NCBI GenBank assembly: GCA_965644295.1
Contig: CBFFRP010000363.1
Span: forward strand, 310,001 to 374,000
DNA from: Paraphysomonas bandaiensis
Taxonomy: Eukaryota; Protista; Chrysophyceae
Reading direction: 5' to 3'
Length of the DNA: 64,000 nt
Shown here: piece after piece, positions 63,356 through 64,000 of the stretch
Layout: the number at the start of each line of letters is the position of its first letter
How positions within the stretch are numbered: the first letter of the stretch is position 1
Program-made: the position numbers and the translations under genes
The notes under the pieces: model-generated
The model's input: only the letters and a program-made list of their open reading frames with translations
Told to the model about the DNA's origin: nothing
The model's database searches: none

Positions 63356-64000
63356 GATCAGTAGGATAAGCACAACTTATTTTATAGGAATATTTATACA
63401 TATGCGCTATACGTTCTCATTCGTGGTTTTTCATATTAAATTGCGATATTTCGATTTTTACTTATGGTAACTGTTTGTACTGCACAAGAGCTACCCAACT
63501 GTGTTTTTTAGTTTAAGTTAGAACATTGTGGAAGAAATGAAGTTTAATACTGATATTATGTTCAGCATATTCCAACTTTGTATCAAGTGTTGTTTCTGGA
63601 CATATCATATCGCTCACTCATTTCCAAATATCACATGTAGCGCAGATATCACATAATGGAATTCTCAAGCGTACCATAGCCAAGACAAATGCCATCATAA
63701 TGCTAACTTGTAAAAATGAAATTCACATCACGAATCACTGCTCCACGAAAGGTTTACTATATATATGTGGATATATTGTGGAAAGTATTTCTATTATGAT
63801 TAAAGAGCCTTAATAGTTCATTTTTTCTTCATGTTTATAAATCGAGTTAAATTTTCTTTGATTTGATAGTTGTGCGTGTGTTTACATCAGCAATGATTCA
63901 ATTTATCATTCATTGTCATGCACTAAGTCACTACAAGACTGCAAGATCTATTTTCACATCAAGAGCCTCGGAAAAAAGAGAACTGGTAACTGGAGAGTGG

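Larger units (their letters stand above)
48891..63362. repeat. Segmental tandem duplication, unit 2 (~14.5 kb)
   Basis: Near-identical to 34077-47927, including introns and the intergenic region. Confidence 0.95.

Overview
Eukaryotic nuclear DNA with many short GT-AG introns (about 45-60 nt) and the standard genetic code. Gene content suggests a stramenopile such as a chrysophyte, which is an inference. 1-8 kb holds an ankyrin+RCC1 (IBTK-like) gene, an NnrU/Z-ISO-family gene and a bacterial-type acyl-CoA dehydrogenase. 8-22 kb is a transposon-rich island: a dispersed repeat family, a deleted pogo/Tigger element, LINE and Copia-gag remnants, and a sulfotransferase pseudogene split by about 8.3 kb. 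That 8.3 kb contains an intact Crinkler/RHS-type NTPase + restriction-endonuclease-fold ORF. 23-35 kb holds PH-FYVE, an HSL-family esterase, SART3/Prp24, a coiled-coil gene, and an LRR gene of six exact 84-nt exons that the ORF track misses. 34-63 kb is a ~14-kb tandem duplication of a giant polycystin-1/REJ-like surface receptor. Its two copies are almost identical except for the distal NHL beta-propeller, the PTGQ stalk and the extreme C-terminus. All domain calls come from reading motifs by eye; no database search was run.
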